Shown in pieces: positions 1 through 9,836 of a stretch of 64,000 bases of DNA. This DNA is from Trueperaceae bacterium. GTDB lineage: Bacteria > Deinococcota > Deinococci > Deinococcales > Trueperaceae. Position 1 is the first letter of the stretch. Every line of letters starts with the position of its first letter. Location of the stretch: the NCBI GenBank assembly GCA_965215565.1, contig CBDCDZ010000004.1, forward strand, positions 1,440,001 to 1,504,000, written 5' to 3'. A program made the position numbers and the translations under genes. The notes beneath the pieces are model-generated. The model made no database searches. It was not told the DNA's origin and saw only the letters and a program-made list of their open reading frames with translations.

Positions 1-122
1 CTAGACTCATCCCTCAAGCTCCATTTTTAGAAATCCTGCCATCATTTCGAGTCTACAGACCACGTCATCCTTGCGTCGTCCTAAGCTGACTAGCATTGGG
101 CGCAAGAACGTGGTAGGTGACG

Positions 123-764
123 CTACCCAAGCTCTTCGGCAAGCTGCGGGTTGAGGATGTAGAAGGAGAGCCGCTGCAACCCTGTCAAGAAGTCCATGCG
201 CTCAACGTGCACCTCGCTCGGCACGCTGAGCATGAAGGGCGTGAAGTTGAGGATGCCGCGCACGCCTGCGCGTACGATGTCGTCGGCGGCGTCTTGCGCG
301 GTCTGCGAGGGTGTGCATAGGAGCGCCATATCGACACCCTTCTCTTGAACGATGCGGGATAACTCACTCATCGGCTGCACTTCTAAGTCGCCGAAGCGCT
401 GACCGATGACGTTCGGGCTGATGTCAAAAACGCCCTTGAATTCGAACGAGTAGTCGCCGATGTGCGGGTCGTGAACAATAGCTTGACCCAAACGACCCAT
501 GCCGACAATCACAACGCTCCACACCCTGGTTAAGCCCAAAATGCGGCGCAACTCGCGGCGCAGCGTCGGTACGGTGTAGCCCGCGCCGCGCGTACCGAAG
601 CGCCCGAAGTATGCCAAATCTTTACGAACTTGAAAGGCGGTGCTCTGCGCCTCATCTGCCAAAAAGTCTGATGAGGTGGTTTTGACGCCCGCCGCCTCGA
701 GCCTCTCTAACGTGCGCAAATAGAGAACCAGGCGGCTGATCGTCGCCGTCGGAATCGTGCTCAT
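123..764 (-). CDS. rex: Redox-sensing transcriptional repressor Rex
   Basis: IPxATISRLxxYLRxL N-terminus, QVRKDLAYFGxFGTRGxGY wHTH, VGMGRLG Rossmann fold, GILNF C-terminal motif; GGAGGG SD. Confidence 0.96.
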   Translation of the reverse strand: MSTIPTATISRLVLYLRTLERLEAAGVKTTSSDFLADEAQSTAFQVRKDLAYFGRFGTRGAGYTVPTLRRELRRILGLTRVWSVVIVGMGRLGQAIVHDPHIGDYSFEFKGVFDISPNVIGQRFGDLEVQPMSELSRIVQEKGVDMALLCTPSQTAQDAADDIVRAGVRGILNFTPFMLSVPSEVHVERMDFLTGLQRLSFYILNPQLAEELG

Positions 765-793
765 AGTCCCTCCACGCGACCGTTATACCATAT

Positions 794-811
794 AAGCGAA
801 AACATTCACAT
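794..811 (-). promoter_or_regulatory. Possible Rex operator in the rex promoter
   Basis: ATGTGAA-TGTT-TTCGCTT (minus) vs consensus TTGTGAA-N4-TTCACAA, just upstream of TGgTATAAC -10. Confidence 0.45.
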
Positions 812-1231
812 TTTACGCGGAATTTTATCCTTTGGCGCGATTAGGTTGATTTTTGAAAGAGGTCAGCGTGACCTCGAGGAGCGATAAGCGTGTGCGTCAA
901 ATTGAGCCCCACGCCACTACGAAGACACCTTCTCCTAGATTTAAGCTAAAAGATTTAAGTTTGAAAGGGTCAAAAGAGAAACCGTACTGTAAGTAAGCAT
1001 GTGAGCGAGCATACACGTGAACACCTTGTGGACCTTGCGTAGTCTCAACACAGAACCCCAATATATAGAACGTGCTACTACGCTAAAAAGGCCATAAGAA
1101 AACTTTGAGAGGACCTCCACCGGGGGGGCAGCGGGTGTGGAGATACAACCCTCAAAGCTGAAATAAGTATACACATACCTAGTACGGTTTGTAAACCCCC
1201 TACACCCCCTCGTCCTGCTATACTCTGCGCT

Positions 1232-1906
1232 GTGAACACTCCCAAACTCGCCCCTTCAATTCTCGCCGCCGACTTCTCACGTCTAGGCGAACAGGTCAAA
1301 GCCGCCGAGGAAGCCGGGGCTGACCTCATCCATATCGACGTGATGGACGGACACTTCGTCCCGAACATCACCATCGGACCGCTCATTGTACAAGCCTGCA
1401 AGCGCGTGACCAAACTCCCTTTGGACGTGCACCTCATGATTGCAGAGCCCGAGCGCTACTTGGAGACCTTCGCCGAGGCGGGCGCGGACATCCTCACCCT
1501 CCACGCCGAAGCCACGCCCCACGTCCACCGCGCTCTACAAGTCGTGCGCGAGTCGGGCACGCGCGCAGGTCTCGCACTGAATCCGGTAACGCCTCTAGAG
1601 ATTGTCAAAGAAGCCCTGCCCTATCTCGACTTGGTCCTCATCATGAGCGTCAACCCCGGCTTCGGCGGACAGAAGTTCATCGAGGCGACGATTCGCCGCC
1701 TGCGCACCGTAAGAGGTTGGATTGACGAGATTAACCCGAACTGCGAACTAGAGGTGGACGGCGGCATTGATAAGAGCACCGCGCCCAGGGTGGTCGAGGC
1801 GGGCGCGAGCGTGCTGGTAGCGGGCAGCGCAATTTTTAGTGGGATGGACAGCGTGCAGGAGAATATTGCGGCGCTGAGAGAGAGTATAGGCGTTTCGGAA
1901 GATTAG
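1232..1906 (+). CDS. rpe: Ribulose-phosphate 3-epimerase
   Basis: APSILAADF, HIDVMDGHFVPNITIG, DVHLMI, MSVNPGFGGQKF, EVDGGI; GTG start 7 nt after TATACT. Confidence 0.97.
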   Translation: MNTPKLAPSILAADFSRLGEQVKAAEEAGADLIHIDVMDGHFVPNITIGPLIVQACKRVTKLPLDVHLMIAEPERYLETFAEAGADILTLHAEATPHVHRALQVVRESGTRAGLALNPVTPLEIVKEALPYLDLVLIMSVNPGFGGQKFIEATIRRLRTVRGWIDEINPNCELEVDGGIDKSTAPRVVEAGASVLVAGSAIFSGMDSVQENIAALRESIGVSED

Positions 1907-2499
1907 TAGTCGTCCGGTATGACTTCGGTGTCGATAATTCTCTGAGCGATAAGAGGTTCGTTTGAGTTTTCGGGGTGGGTGAACTCGAGCGTCACCTTGA
2001 GGTTGTCATCGAGCAGACCACCAAGCTCCGCGCAGACCGCTTCGGAGCAAGTAAATTCCTTCACTCGGTGAAATTGGAAGAGGTTGGCAGCTTTTTGAAC
2101 GAGATATTCTTCTGCAAATTCATCCGAACTTTCTTGTGTGGTCAGCGCGATTTCGAAGCGAACGTCCGGTGCAACCTTTTCTTTGCTGATTACCTCTAGC
2201 AGCGTCGTCTCGATACTGGACCCATCGGCTGGAGGATTTCGTATCCGCGTCTGGCGCACCTGTAATTCATACGTGTAGCCCCACTCGTACTCAAATCCTG
2301 CGATACCGCTGTAGCGGTACGTCCACGTGTCGTTGACTTCTTCTTTCTCGAGGTAGCAAAGACGCAAAGAGAGACCTACGCATTCGGTCAGATGATGATC
2401 AAGATAGAGCGTCTTAACAGTAGATGCCTGGAGAAGACCACAGCTTGTCAGCGCGAGCAGTATTCCTATGGCAAGTATTGTGTGACTCAATTTCTTCAT
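1903..2499 (-). CDS. DUF4377-like lipoprotein
   Basis: Lipobox LTSC; C-x6-C ... IAGFEYEWGYTYELQV ... NPPADGSS signature. Confidence 0.8.
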   Translation of the reverse strand: MKKLSHTILAIGILLALTSCGLLQASTVKTLYLDHHLTECVGLSLRLCYLEKEEVNDTWTYRYSGIAGFEYEWGYTYELQVRQTRIRNPPADGSSIETTLLEVISKEKVAPDVRFEIALTTQESSDEFAEEYLVQKAANLFQFHRVKEFTCSEAVCAELGGLLDDNLKVTLEFTHPENSNEPLIAQRIIDTEVIPDDY

Positions 2500-2565
2500 A
2501 GTTTTAAGTTTAACAAAAGAAACCAGCCTTACATTTCATTATTTTTTAAGACAACCCAGACATCC

Positions 2566-2596
2566 TTGACTCTCACGCCGCGTCAGAGTCTAAGCT
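2566..2596 (+). promoter_or_regulatory. MerR-type promoter/operator of the merR-family gene
   Basis: TTGACT, 19 bp spacer, TAAGCT; dyad GACTCT...AGAGTC across the spacer. Confidence 0.75.
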
Positions 2597-2621
2597 AAAA
2601 CCATAGATATGGAGGTCAAGC

Positions 2622-3476
2622 GTGTTCAAAATCGGCGACTTCTCCCAACTCGGGCGCGTCACGGTGCGCACCCTGCGCCACTACGACGAGCTAGGGCTCT
2701 TGCACCCTGCTAAAATCGACGATGAAAGCAGCTACCGCTTCTACAGCGTGGAGCAACTGCCCAAGCTCAACCGCATCGTCGCCTTGAAAGACTTAGGCTT
2801 TTCTCTTGGCGAGATTCAGCGGCTCGTCAAAGAGGACGTGTCGGCAGATGAACTCAGGGCGATGTTGGAGCAAAAGCAGCGCGAGGTATCGGTGAAACTG
2901 GCACAAGAGCAGCAGCGTTTGAGGCAGATAGTGTCGCGCTTGCAGATGATCGAACAAGAGGACGAGGTGCCTCACTACGACGTGACCCTGAAACGTCTCC
3001 CCGCTATGACGGTCTTCTCCAAACGCCACTTCGTCCCGCACACTAGCCAGATGAGCGAGTTCTGCGTGCGCTTCTACGAGGAGCTTTATACGGTCTTGAA
3101 CGCTCAGCACCTCGCGCCTGTCCAGCCCGAATTCACGCTCTACCACATGACTGAGTACACCGAAGAGAACGTGGATGTGGAGGTGGCGGTTGTGCTGGAA
3201 AACGCAGCTTATGAGCGGTTGGAACTGCCCGACGACACCTTCAGCGTGCGTAAGCTGCCCAAGCACAATACCGTCGCGAGCGTACTCCATCACGGCTACT
3301 ACCACGAGCTAGGGCGAGCGGCTAAGGCGCTGACGTTGTGGGTCGGGATGAACGGCTACGAGAGTAACGGAGCCGCCAGAGAGGTTCACCTCTCCGGTCC
3401 TGTAACCCAAACGGGCAAAGATCGCCCCGTAGTGGTTGAACTTCAAGCCCCTGTTGTGCCGCATGGAATTGACTAG
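2622..3476 (+). CDS. MerR family transcriptional regulator (BmrR/BltR-like, GyrI-like effector domain)
   Basis: FKIGDFS..VTVRTLRHYDELGLL.P...YRFY HTH, coiled coil, C-terminal ASVLHHGYY / AREVHL. Confidence 0.93.
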   Translation: MFKIGDFSQLGRVTVRTLRHYDELGLLHPAKIDDESSYRFYSVEQLPKLNRIVALKDLGFSLGEIQRLVKEDVSADELRAMLEQKQREVSVKLAQEQQRLRQIVSRLQMIEQEDEVPHYDVTLKRLPAMTVFSKRHFVPHTSQMSEFCVRFYEELYTVLNAQHLAPVQPEFTLYHMTEYTEENVDVEVAVVLENAAYERLELPDDTFSVRKLPKHNTVASVLHHGYYHELGRAAKALTLWVGMNGYESNGAAREVHLSGPVTQTGKDRPVVVELQAPVVPHGID

Positions 3477-3479
3477 CCC

Positions 3480-3510
3480 TTGACTCTCCCGTAACGGTAG
3501 ACTCCACACT
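3480..3510 (+). promoter_or_regulatory. Second MerR-type promoter/operator upstream of the nitroreductase
   Basis: TTGACT, 19 bp spacer containing CCGT-A-ACGG dyad, CACACT; AAGGAGG SD follows. Confidence 0.65.
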
Positions 3511-3528
3511 GGGCTGAAGGAGGCACGT

Positions 3529-4716
3529 ATGAATCAACCTTCAGCCCTAACCCGCCGAACCTTCTTGAAACGCACGAGCGCAGGTATGCTCGTCCTCGCG
3601 CTCGGCGGCGGCACCTACCGCGCCGTAGACCAGGGCGTCTTCGCGTCGGGTCGAGGTGAAGCGTACGAGCCCTGGCGCGAGTGGCGCACCCAGCCGGAGC
3701 CGGGACCCTTGCGCCTCGTCCAGTCCGCTGTCCTAGCGGCGAACCCGCACAACACGCAGCCCTGGCTCTTCCGCGTGCGGGAGGGTAGCCTCGAGCTGTT
3801 TGCAGACACCTCGAGACATTTAGGCGCGATGGACCCCTTTTTGCGCGAGATGCACTTAGGGCTCGGCTGCGCGTTGGAAAATATGATGCTGACGGCGCGG
3901 GCAGAGGGGTATGAGGTGGAGTTGAGACTCGAGCCTGGTACGCTCACCAAAGTCACACCCCAAGATTTCATCAAGGTCGCCACGCTCAACCTAACGCCGT
4001 CCGAAGCAGACACTTCACCTCTTTACGCCGCCATTCCAGAGCGGCATACGGACCGCTCGAGCTATTCATCCCAAGAGGTTGAAAGAGAGACGTTAGAAGA
4101 GATGACCACGCTCACTGGGGCGGATACCAAGCTCTTTCTCTTCGAAGAGGGTGCTGCCTTTAACGCTTTTGCAGAAGAAACTGTCAGGGCCACCGAAGCG
4201 ATTGTTGCGGACGCAACGATGTCTCGAGACTCCCACGCCTGGTTCGACAAAAATTGGCAAGAGGTCCAGGGGGACAAAGACGGACCTTTCATCGACACGT
4301 CGGGCGTGTCGCCCTTGTTACGCGCTACCGTCAAGATGTTGCCGCCCACCTCGGACAAGATGCTCGACGACGGTTGGCTTTCCGGCACAAAAGCAACCCT
4401 AGCCTCAACCCCCGTGCTCGGTCTGCTCGCCGTGCGGGACCTCTACGACAAGCCGCAGACGCTCCAAGCGGGGCACGTGTGGCAGCGGCTTCACTTATGG
4501 ATGGCGGCGAACGGGCTCGCAGCACAACCCGTGAATCAGATGCTCGAGATCGTAGACCGTGAGCGCCAGTTGGGGCAGAGCGCGCAGATGGCAAGCGTGC
4601 TCGACGAACTCACAGGCGACGCCTCTTGGCGTCCCACCTTCGCGTTCCGCCTGGGCTATCCGAATACGGACGTACTGCCGAGTGCCCGCCGCTCCGTAAG
4701 CGAAGTTCTCATCTGA
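3529..4716 (+). CDS. Acg-family FMN-binding oxidoreductase/nitroreductase with twin-arginine signal
   Basis: TRRTFLK Tat motif; AVLAANPHNTQPWLF, GCALEN, AIPERHTDR, FRLGY motifs. Confidence 0.85.
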   Translation: MNQPSALTRRTFLKRTSAGMLVLALGGGTYRAVDQGVFASGRGEAYEPWREWRTQPEPGPLRLVQSAVLAANPHNTQPWLFRVREGSLELFADTSRHLGAMDPFLREMHLGLGCALENMMLTARAEGYEVELRLEPGTLTKVTPQDFIKVATLNLTPSEADTSPLYAAIPERHTDRSSYSSQEVERETLEEMTTLTGADTKLFLFEEGAAFNAFAEETVRATEAIVADATMSRDSHAWFDKNWQEVQGDKDGPFIDTSGVSPLLRATVKMLPPTSDKMLDDGWLSGTKATLASTPVLGLLAVRDLYDKPQTLQAGHVWQRLHLWMAANGLAAQPVNQMLEIVDRERQLGQSAQMASVLDELTGDASWRPTFAFRLGYPNTDVLPSARRSVSEVLI

Positions 4717-4730
4717 AGAGGTCCCGCAGT

Positions 4731-5000
4731 TCAGCCGCTCGGCGCGCCTCGCAGTATCCAGCCGTTGCCGTCCGGGTCGCTGAAGCTCGCAAAGGTGCCG
4801 CTCGGCTCGAGCCAGAACCGCACCACCGTCTTCTCGAGCGGTCCGCCGCGCCACGTGTACGCCAGGTGATGCGGTCTCTATGCCGCAATGACCTCTCCAA
4901 TCACGACGCCGTCAAAGCCGGGCGCGGGCTTCGTCTTGAAGGTGAAGCGCTTGCCGACGATGGGCCCAAAGTCAGTTTCCATGAGCCACTGTGACAGGGC
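4731..5000 (-). pseudogene. SRPBCC (AHSA1-like) remnant fused to a VOC/glyoxalase C-terminal fragment
   Basis: Translation ALSQWLMETDFGPIVGKRFTFKTKPAPGFDGVVIGEVIAA*RPHHLAYTWRGGPLEKTVVRFWLEPSGTFASFSDPDGNGWIL; TAG at 4878-4880, no N-terminus. Confidence 0.65.
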
Positions 5001-5186
5001 GGCGGTACCCAACTACGAAGGGGACGGCTTGCGCCATCCCCAATTCGTTCCGGTGCTGCCGCTCGACCTCTTCGAATTTCGCCCCATCGCCTCGCCAAAC
5101 GTCTGCGGCGAGCTTTCAGACGGACTGACCTCTTAGGTGTAGAGCGGTGGCTGCGTCCATAAGGCAGCACTATCTCTTCCCAGACG

Positions 5187-6239
5187 CTATCTGCGCAGCC
5201 CCCGCAGCATCATCGCAACCTTGCTGCTCTGCAGGACTTGCTCGAGCGTCGCGCTCTGCCCCTCTGCAAAGGTCAGGGTGACGTTCTCACCGGGGACGCC
5301 GTTTCCGTTCGCGTCGTCTAACGTCCCCGCGAAGCTCACGGCTAACGCGCCGTCGATGCGCAGCGCGCCGTCACTCAGCGCGGCGCTTTCACTCTCCAAG
5401 TCGATGCTGTCTACGTCCACGCTAAAGGCGAAACTGCCCGCGCCCAAGCTCAGGCTCAGGTCTACATTGCCGCTCGTGGGCACGTAGCCGCTGGTGAAGC
5501 AGTTCTCCCGCTCGCGCTCACCCGCTACGCTGAGCGTCCACTCGAGCGTGACGCCCTCCTGCGCCTTGAGCGTGACTTTGCCCTGCGTCGTCACGGTGTC
5601 CCCGCCGTCTTCCGAGACGCTATACCCGACGTTCTCCAAGCTCAGGAGGCTGCCCGCGCCGTTCACGCTCAGGCTGGTGGGCTCGGCGATACCGGCGGCG
5701 GTACCGCATCCATCCGCGCTGTAGTAGGTGAGCGCGAAATCTACGTCGGCAACCTTTTGGTCTGCCGCGCTTAGCGTGACGTTAAAGGCGCTCGGAGCCT
5801 CGAGGGTCTCCCCTGCCGGACCCGCTACGTCGAGGGTCTCACTGAGCACGTCCCAGTCGACCGTGAGCGTCGCTTTGGCGCTGCCGTCTATAGCCTCGTA
5901 GCGCCAGGTGAGGATGAGGTCATCGGCGTCTGCGCTACGCTGCCAGGCGTCCGAGGCTTCGTCGTAGACGTAGGAGCCGCGCGGCAAGCGCGCGTCTCCC
6001 TCCGCGCGCTCAAAAGGAGACGCGGCGTGGCTGGGGAAGCTCTGCAGGGCAACGCTGCTCGGGTCCCCACTCACCGAGAAAACCGTGCTGACGAGTTCTC
6101 TGCCGAGATCACCGAGCGCCGCGTCCGTCTCCGCCTCGCTGAGCTGCGCGGCGCTCGGCGCTGTGTCTACTGTGCCACCGCTACACGCGGCGAGCAGACC
6201 GACGAGCAGGGCGGAAATTAAAGTGCATTTTAGGTTCAT
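5187..6239 (-). CDS. Hypothetical lipoprotein
   Basis: LLAAC lipobox, AAGGAG SD, beta-rich acidic sequence. Confidence 0.8.
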   Translation of the reverse strand: MNLKCTLISALLVGLLAACSGGTVDTAPSAAQLSEAETDAALGDLGRELVSTVFSVSGDPSSVALQSFPSHAASPFERAEGDARLPRGSYVYDEASDAWQRSADADDLILTWRYEAIDGSAKATLTVDWDVLSETLDVAGPAGETLEAPSAFNVTLSAADQKVADVDFALTYYSADGCGTAAGIAEPTSLSVNGAGSLLSLENVGYSVSEDGGDTVTTQGKVTLKAQEGVTLEWTLSVAGERERENCFTSGYVPTSGNVDLSLSLGAGSFAFSVDVDSIDLESESAALSDGALRIDGALAVSFAGTLDDANGNGVPGENVTLTFAEGQSATLEQVLQSSKVAMMLRGLRR

Positions 6240-6483
6240 TTAGAACTCCTTTCGGATGGTTAGGCTGTGCGAATGACGCTGAGTACTGCTTAATACAGTA
6301 TCGGGCAGGGCAGCGCTGATGTCAGTACGGGGTGCACACTTGAGGGCGCACGTTTCGGTGGTGAATGGACCCTAGCAGGATAAGGTTAAGGGAAACCGGG
6401 ATAAGGAGGGTGAGCGCTTCATAAAGCTTAGGCGCGACGAGACAATCACCGAAAGAAAGTAGCGCGCGTCGTCTTACCCGCTC

Positions 6484-7743
6484 CTATTCGAAGCGGTAAC
6501 TTTTAGGCACGACTACCACGCCGCGCTCGGTGACGGTGAAGCCCCTCGCCCTGTCGTCGTCCAAGTTGACGCCTATCTGCGTGCCCTCGGGGACGGTGAC
6601 ATTTTTATCCACGATGGCGTTCTTTACGGTGCAGCGCCGCCCTATCGTCGAGCTGTCCAAGACGACGGAGCGCTCTACGGTGCTGTACGAGTTGACCCTC
6701 GAGCGCCGCGCGAAGATGGACTCGCGCACCGTTGCGCCCGAGACGATCACACCCCCCGCGAGCATCGAGTTGAACGCCTGCCCGCGCCTGTCGTCCGTGT
6801 CGTGGACGAATTTGGCGGGCGGCGAAAACTCCGAAGAGGTCCGCAGGGGCCACTCGGTATTGTAGAGGTCAAATTCGGGCTGCACCGCGACTAAGTCCAT
6901 GTTCGCTTCCCAATACGAGTCGATGGTGCCCACGTCGCGCCAATAGGTGTTCTGCGCCGCCTGACCGGGGATGGGGTTCTGCGCGAAGTCGTACGCCATA
7001 ATGTTGTAGCCCTGCTCCAGCGCCAGCGGCATCACGCTCTTGCCAAAGTCGTGCGGAGAGCCCTCCTCAGCGGCGTCTTTTGTTAAGAGTTCGGTGAGTG
7101 CTTTCTGCGAGAAGATGTAGTTTCCCATCGAGGCGAGCGCGTGGGTGTCGCGTCCTGGAATCGGATTGGGGTTCTCAGGCTTCTCCTGAAACTCGGTGAT
7201 GCGAAAGTCGTCATCGACTTGCAACACGCCGAAGCGCGTGGCGTCCTCGACGAGCGTCGGGTACGCCGCGATGGTCACGTCCGCGCCTGTCTCCTGGTGC
7301 TGCTCGATCATGTGGCGAATGTCCATCTTGTAGATGTGGTCGCCGCTAAAAATCGCCACCAAGTCGGCGTGGTTGTTGTCGATGAGGTGCAGGTTCTGGT
7401 AGATGGCGTCCGCTGTGCCCCGGTACCACTCCTCGCCGATCTCCTCGTAGCGGTACATCTGCGCGGGCGCTAACGTGATGAAGTAGTCGCTCAAAAAGCT
7501 TCCGAAGCGCCAGTTGCGCTGGATGTGCTCGGTCAAGGACTGCGCCTTGAACTGCGTCATGACGTACATGCCGTAAATCTGCGAATTGATCATGTTATTC
7601 AGCGCAAAGTCGATGATGCGGTACTTGCTGCCGAAGGGCACGGCGGGCTTCGTGCGCTTCGCGGTCAAAGGACCGAGCCGGGTGCCCTTGCCGCCCGCTA
7701 AGACCATGCCTAAGACTTTTGCGTTCTGAGCCGAATGATTCAT
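6484..7743 (-). CDS. glgC: Glucose-1-phosphate adenylyltransferase
   Basis: [53 protein letters not shown]. Confidence 0.97.
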   Translation of the reverse strand: MNHSAQNAKVLGMVLAGGKGTRLGPLTAKRTKPAVPFGSKYRIIDFALNNMINSQIYGMYVMTQFKAQSLTEHIQRNWRFGSFLSDYFITLAPAQMYRYEEIGEEWYRGTADAIYQNLHLIDNNHADLVAIFSGDHIYKMDIRHMIEQHQETGADVTIAAYPTLVEDATRFGVLQVDDDFRITEFQEKPENPNPIPGRDTHALASMGNYIFSQKALTELLTKDAAEEGSPHDFGKSVMPLALEQGYNIMAYDFAQNPIPGQAAQNTYWRDVGTIDSYWEANMDLVAVQPEFDLYNTEWPLRTSSEFSPPAKFVHDTDDRRGQAFNSMLAGGVIVSGATVRESIFARRSRVNSYSTVERSVVLDSSTIGRRCTVKNAIVDKNVTVPEGTQIGVNLDDDRARGFTVTERGVVVVPKSYRFE

Positions 7744-7953
7744 ATACTCACCCTCTCTAGGTGTCGGGTCTCGTTTAGGGGCATTCTAGCGCAGCGTAGG
7801 GAAAAGGAAAGCGGCTCAGCGCCTTTGTATTCGCTTCGCGGTAGTGGTTGGAATGCTCACTGAGTATGAACGAGGGGTTGCACAGGCGCAGGGCCTCGTC
7901 GCAACGTAAGAAGCAGTCCACATGAAACGCTCTTAGACACGTAAAATAAAGAG

Positions 7954-8466
7954 GTGGAGCATCTACTTGAATATCAGGACTACGTGTTAGCCTACCGCTT
8001 GCGCGCGCTCGTAGGCGGAAGATCGCGTCCCTTAAAGGGATATTTGTCGCTGAACGAGTACGCCAAAAGGAGGCTCGAGCGTCAGGCTCTTGCCAAAGCG
8101 GTTCTAGGCGCACCCGACTACCGCGCCTCGCTGCGCCAAGTCGAGGCGCTGACCGAAGAGATCAACTTCGGCTTTTGGCACAACCCCGGCGAGAGCGTGG
8201 ACTTCCTCAAAAAGATGATCGAGCAGGGGGGCTGCCGCGCGCTGGAGTCGGACGAGCACTTTATCGAAGAACTCTTGACCCCACGTGAGCGCGGTGAGTT
8301 GAGCGAAGGCGAGCGCCGCCTCGTCGCAACCTATTACTTAGGGCTACTCCGCGCCTCCGCTGCCTACCTCGACGCCGAGGTCTTTACGCGCTTACGCAGT
8401 GAGGTGGAGCCGCTGCGCGACAAGATGCCCGTGTTCGTGTTGACCTCGGACGTTCCTCTGGCGTAG
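7954..8466 (+). CDS. Hypothetical protein
   Basis: 170 aa ORF with host-like codon usage; TAAAAT 6 nt before GTG. Confidence 0.75.
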   Translation: MEHLLEYQDYVLAYRLRALVGGRSRPLKGYLSLNEYAKRRLERQALAKAVLGAPDYRASLRQVEALTEEINFGFWHNPGESVDFLKKMIEQGGCRALESDEHFIEELLTPRERGELSEGERRLVATYYLGLLRASAAYLDAEVFTRLRSEVEPLRDKMPVFVLTSDVPLA

Positions 8467-8485
8467 AGGTTGCCACGTTTTGAAC

Positions 8486-8513
8486 ATAGGGACAATTTAT
8501 GAATTACCCCTAT
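8486..8513. repeat. GTAG-type REP-like palindrome (degenerate)
   Basis: ATAGGGACAATTTATGAATTACCCCTAT between convergent genes, overlapping the moeA stop. Confidence 0.45.
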
Positions 8514-9751
8514 ATGTTTAGGGGAATGACCTCGAGCCTATCCCCCGCCCCAACCTCTTGATTGGATGGCACTATAACAAGCACATCTGCGTTTAACATC
8601 GAGGTCAGCACGCCCGAACTCTGACTTCCGGTGCTGTGCGCGAGGTAGCCTCTTTCATCATCGAACCTCAGCGCGGCACGGTTGAGCGTAACTTTACGGT
8701 TTGTGCCTTTGAAGGTCGTGGCGGCGGTAGCGGTAATTCGCTTGTGAAAGAGCGGCTGTTCATTAGAGCCTAGCGCCGTATCGAGCCAAACTTTGGTGAG
8801 AAGGTAAAAGACTACCATGCTCGAGACCGGATTCCCCGGTAGCCCAAAAACCGGCAAGCCGCGCCACTCCCCGAACATCGCGGGTCCCCCCGGTTTCATC
8901 GCCACTTTCCAGAAGTGCACCGTCCCCTCGTCGAAGAGCAAGTCGCGTACGAAGTCGTACTTGCCCATCGAGACGCCGCCCGAGGTGATGAGGAGGTCCA
9001 CGCCGCCTAGAGCCTCCAACGCGCCCTTGAGCTTTTCGGGATTGTCCTCGACTTTTGGAAGCATGACAGGAACGCAACTTGACTGTTTAATTAGGCTCGC
9101 CACCGCGTAAGCGTTCGAGTTGTAGACCTGCCCATCCCGAATCGGCTCACCGGGGTCAATAACCTCATCACCTGTGGCTAAGATGCCAACCCTGGGCTTC
9201 TTTGTTACGTTGAGGACCGGATAGCCCATCGAAGCCGCGACGCCGACAGACGCAGGGGTAAGCCGCGTCCCTTTCCGCAAGTAGACCTCACCTTTTTTCA
9301 AGTCTTGCGCTCTCGGGCGAATATCACTCTTACTCGCAGGTTTGTTGAGCCAGACCTCTTCACCTCTTTGCCCTGAGTGTTGTTTCGTATGCTCCACCCC
9401 GATAATCGCGTTCGCCCCGCTCGGTACAGGCGCGCCCGTGTAGATGCCTACCGCTTCGCCCGCGCCGACCTCTCCCTCGTAAACGCTGCCCGCCGGAATA
9501 TCACCGACAAGCTTGAGCGTAGCGAGACTCTCTGCAGTCGCCCCTAACGTATCCTCTTCGCGGCAAGCGTAGCCGTCTAAAGCGGAGTTGTCGCAGCTCG
9601 GGTGGTCCACTTGGCTCGTCAAGTCTTCGGCGAGCGTACGCCCGAGTGCATTTAAGAGGTCAACCTCTTCGGTCTCCAAAGGTTTAGCGTTCGCTCTTAA
9701 AATATCTAGCGCCTCATCTACGCTAATTTGAGTTTTGTAGTTTTGGCTCAT
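8510..9751 (-). CDS. moeA: Molybdopterin molybdenumtransferase
   Basis: ALGRTLAED, SALDGYA, TGAPVP.GA, ATGDEV, TSGGVSMG.YD, GLPGNPVSS, QSSGVLTS. Confidence 0.95.
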   Translation of the reverse strand: MSQNYKTQISVDEALDILRANAKPLETEEVDLLNALGRTLAEDLTSQVDHPSCDNSALDGYACREEDTLGATAESLATLKLVGDIPAGSVYEGEVGAGEAVGIYTGAPVPSGANAIIGVEHTKQHSGQRGEEVWLNKPASKSDIRPRAQDLKKGEVYLRKGTRLTPASVGVAASMGYPVLNVTKKPRVGILATGDEVIDPGEPIRDGQVYNSNAYAVASLIKQSSCVPVMLPKVEDNPEKLKGALEALGGVDLLITSGGVSMGKYDFVRDLLFDEGTVHFWKVAMKPGGPAMFGEWRGLPVFGLPGNPVSSMVVFYLLTKVWLDTALGSNEQPLFHKRITATAATTFKGTNRKVTLNRAALRFDDERGYLAHSTGSQSSGVLTSMLNADVLVIVPSNQEVGAGDRLEVIPLNI

Positions 9752-9836
9752 GAGGTTACTTTAGCAGTCCTGGGGAGGCGTGCTAGACTCGAGGCTGCGT
9801 CACGTAAATTTTTCACACGAGGAAAGAGGTCTAGTC

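Noticed and set aside
9801..9818. Rex operator upstream of icd
   Set aside because: Only the right half-site matches.
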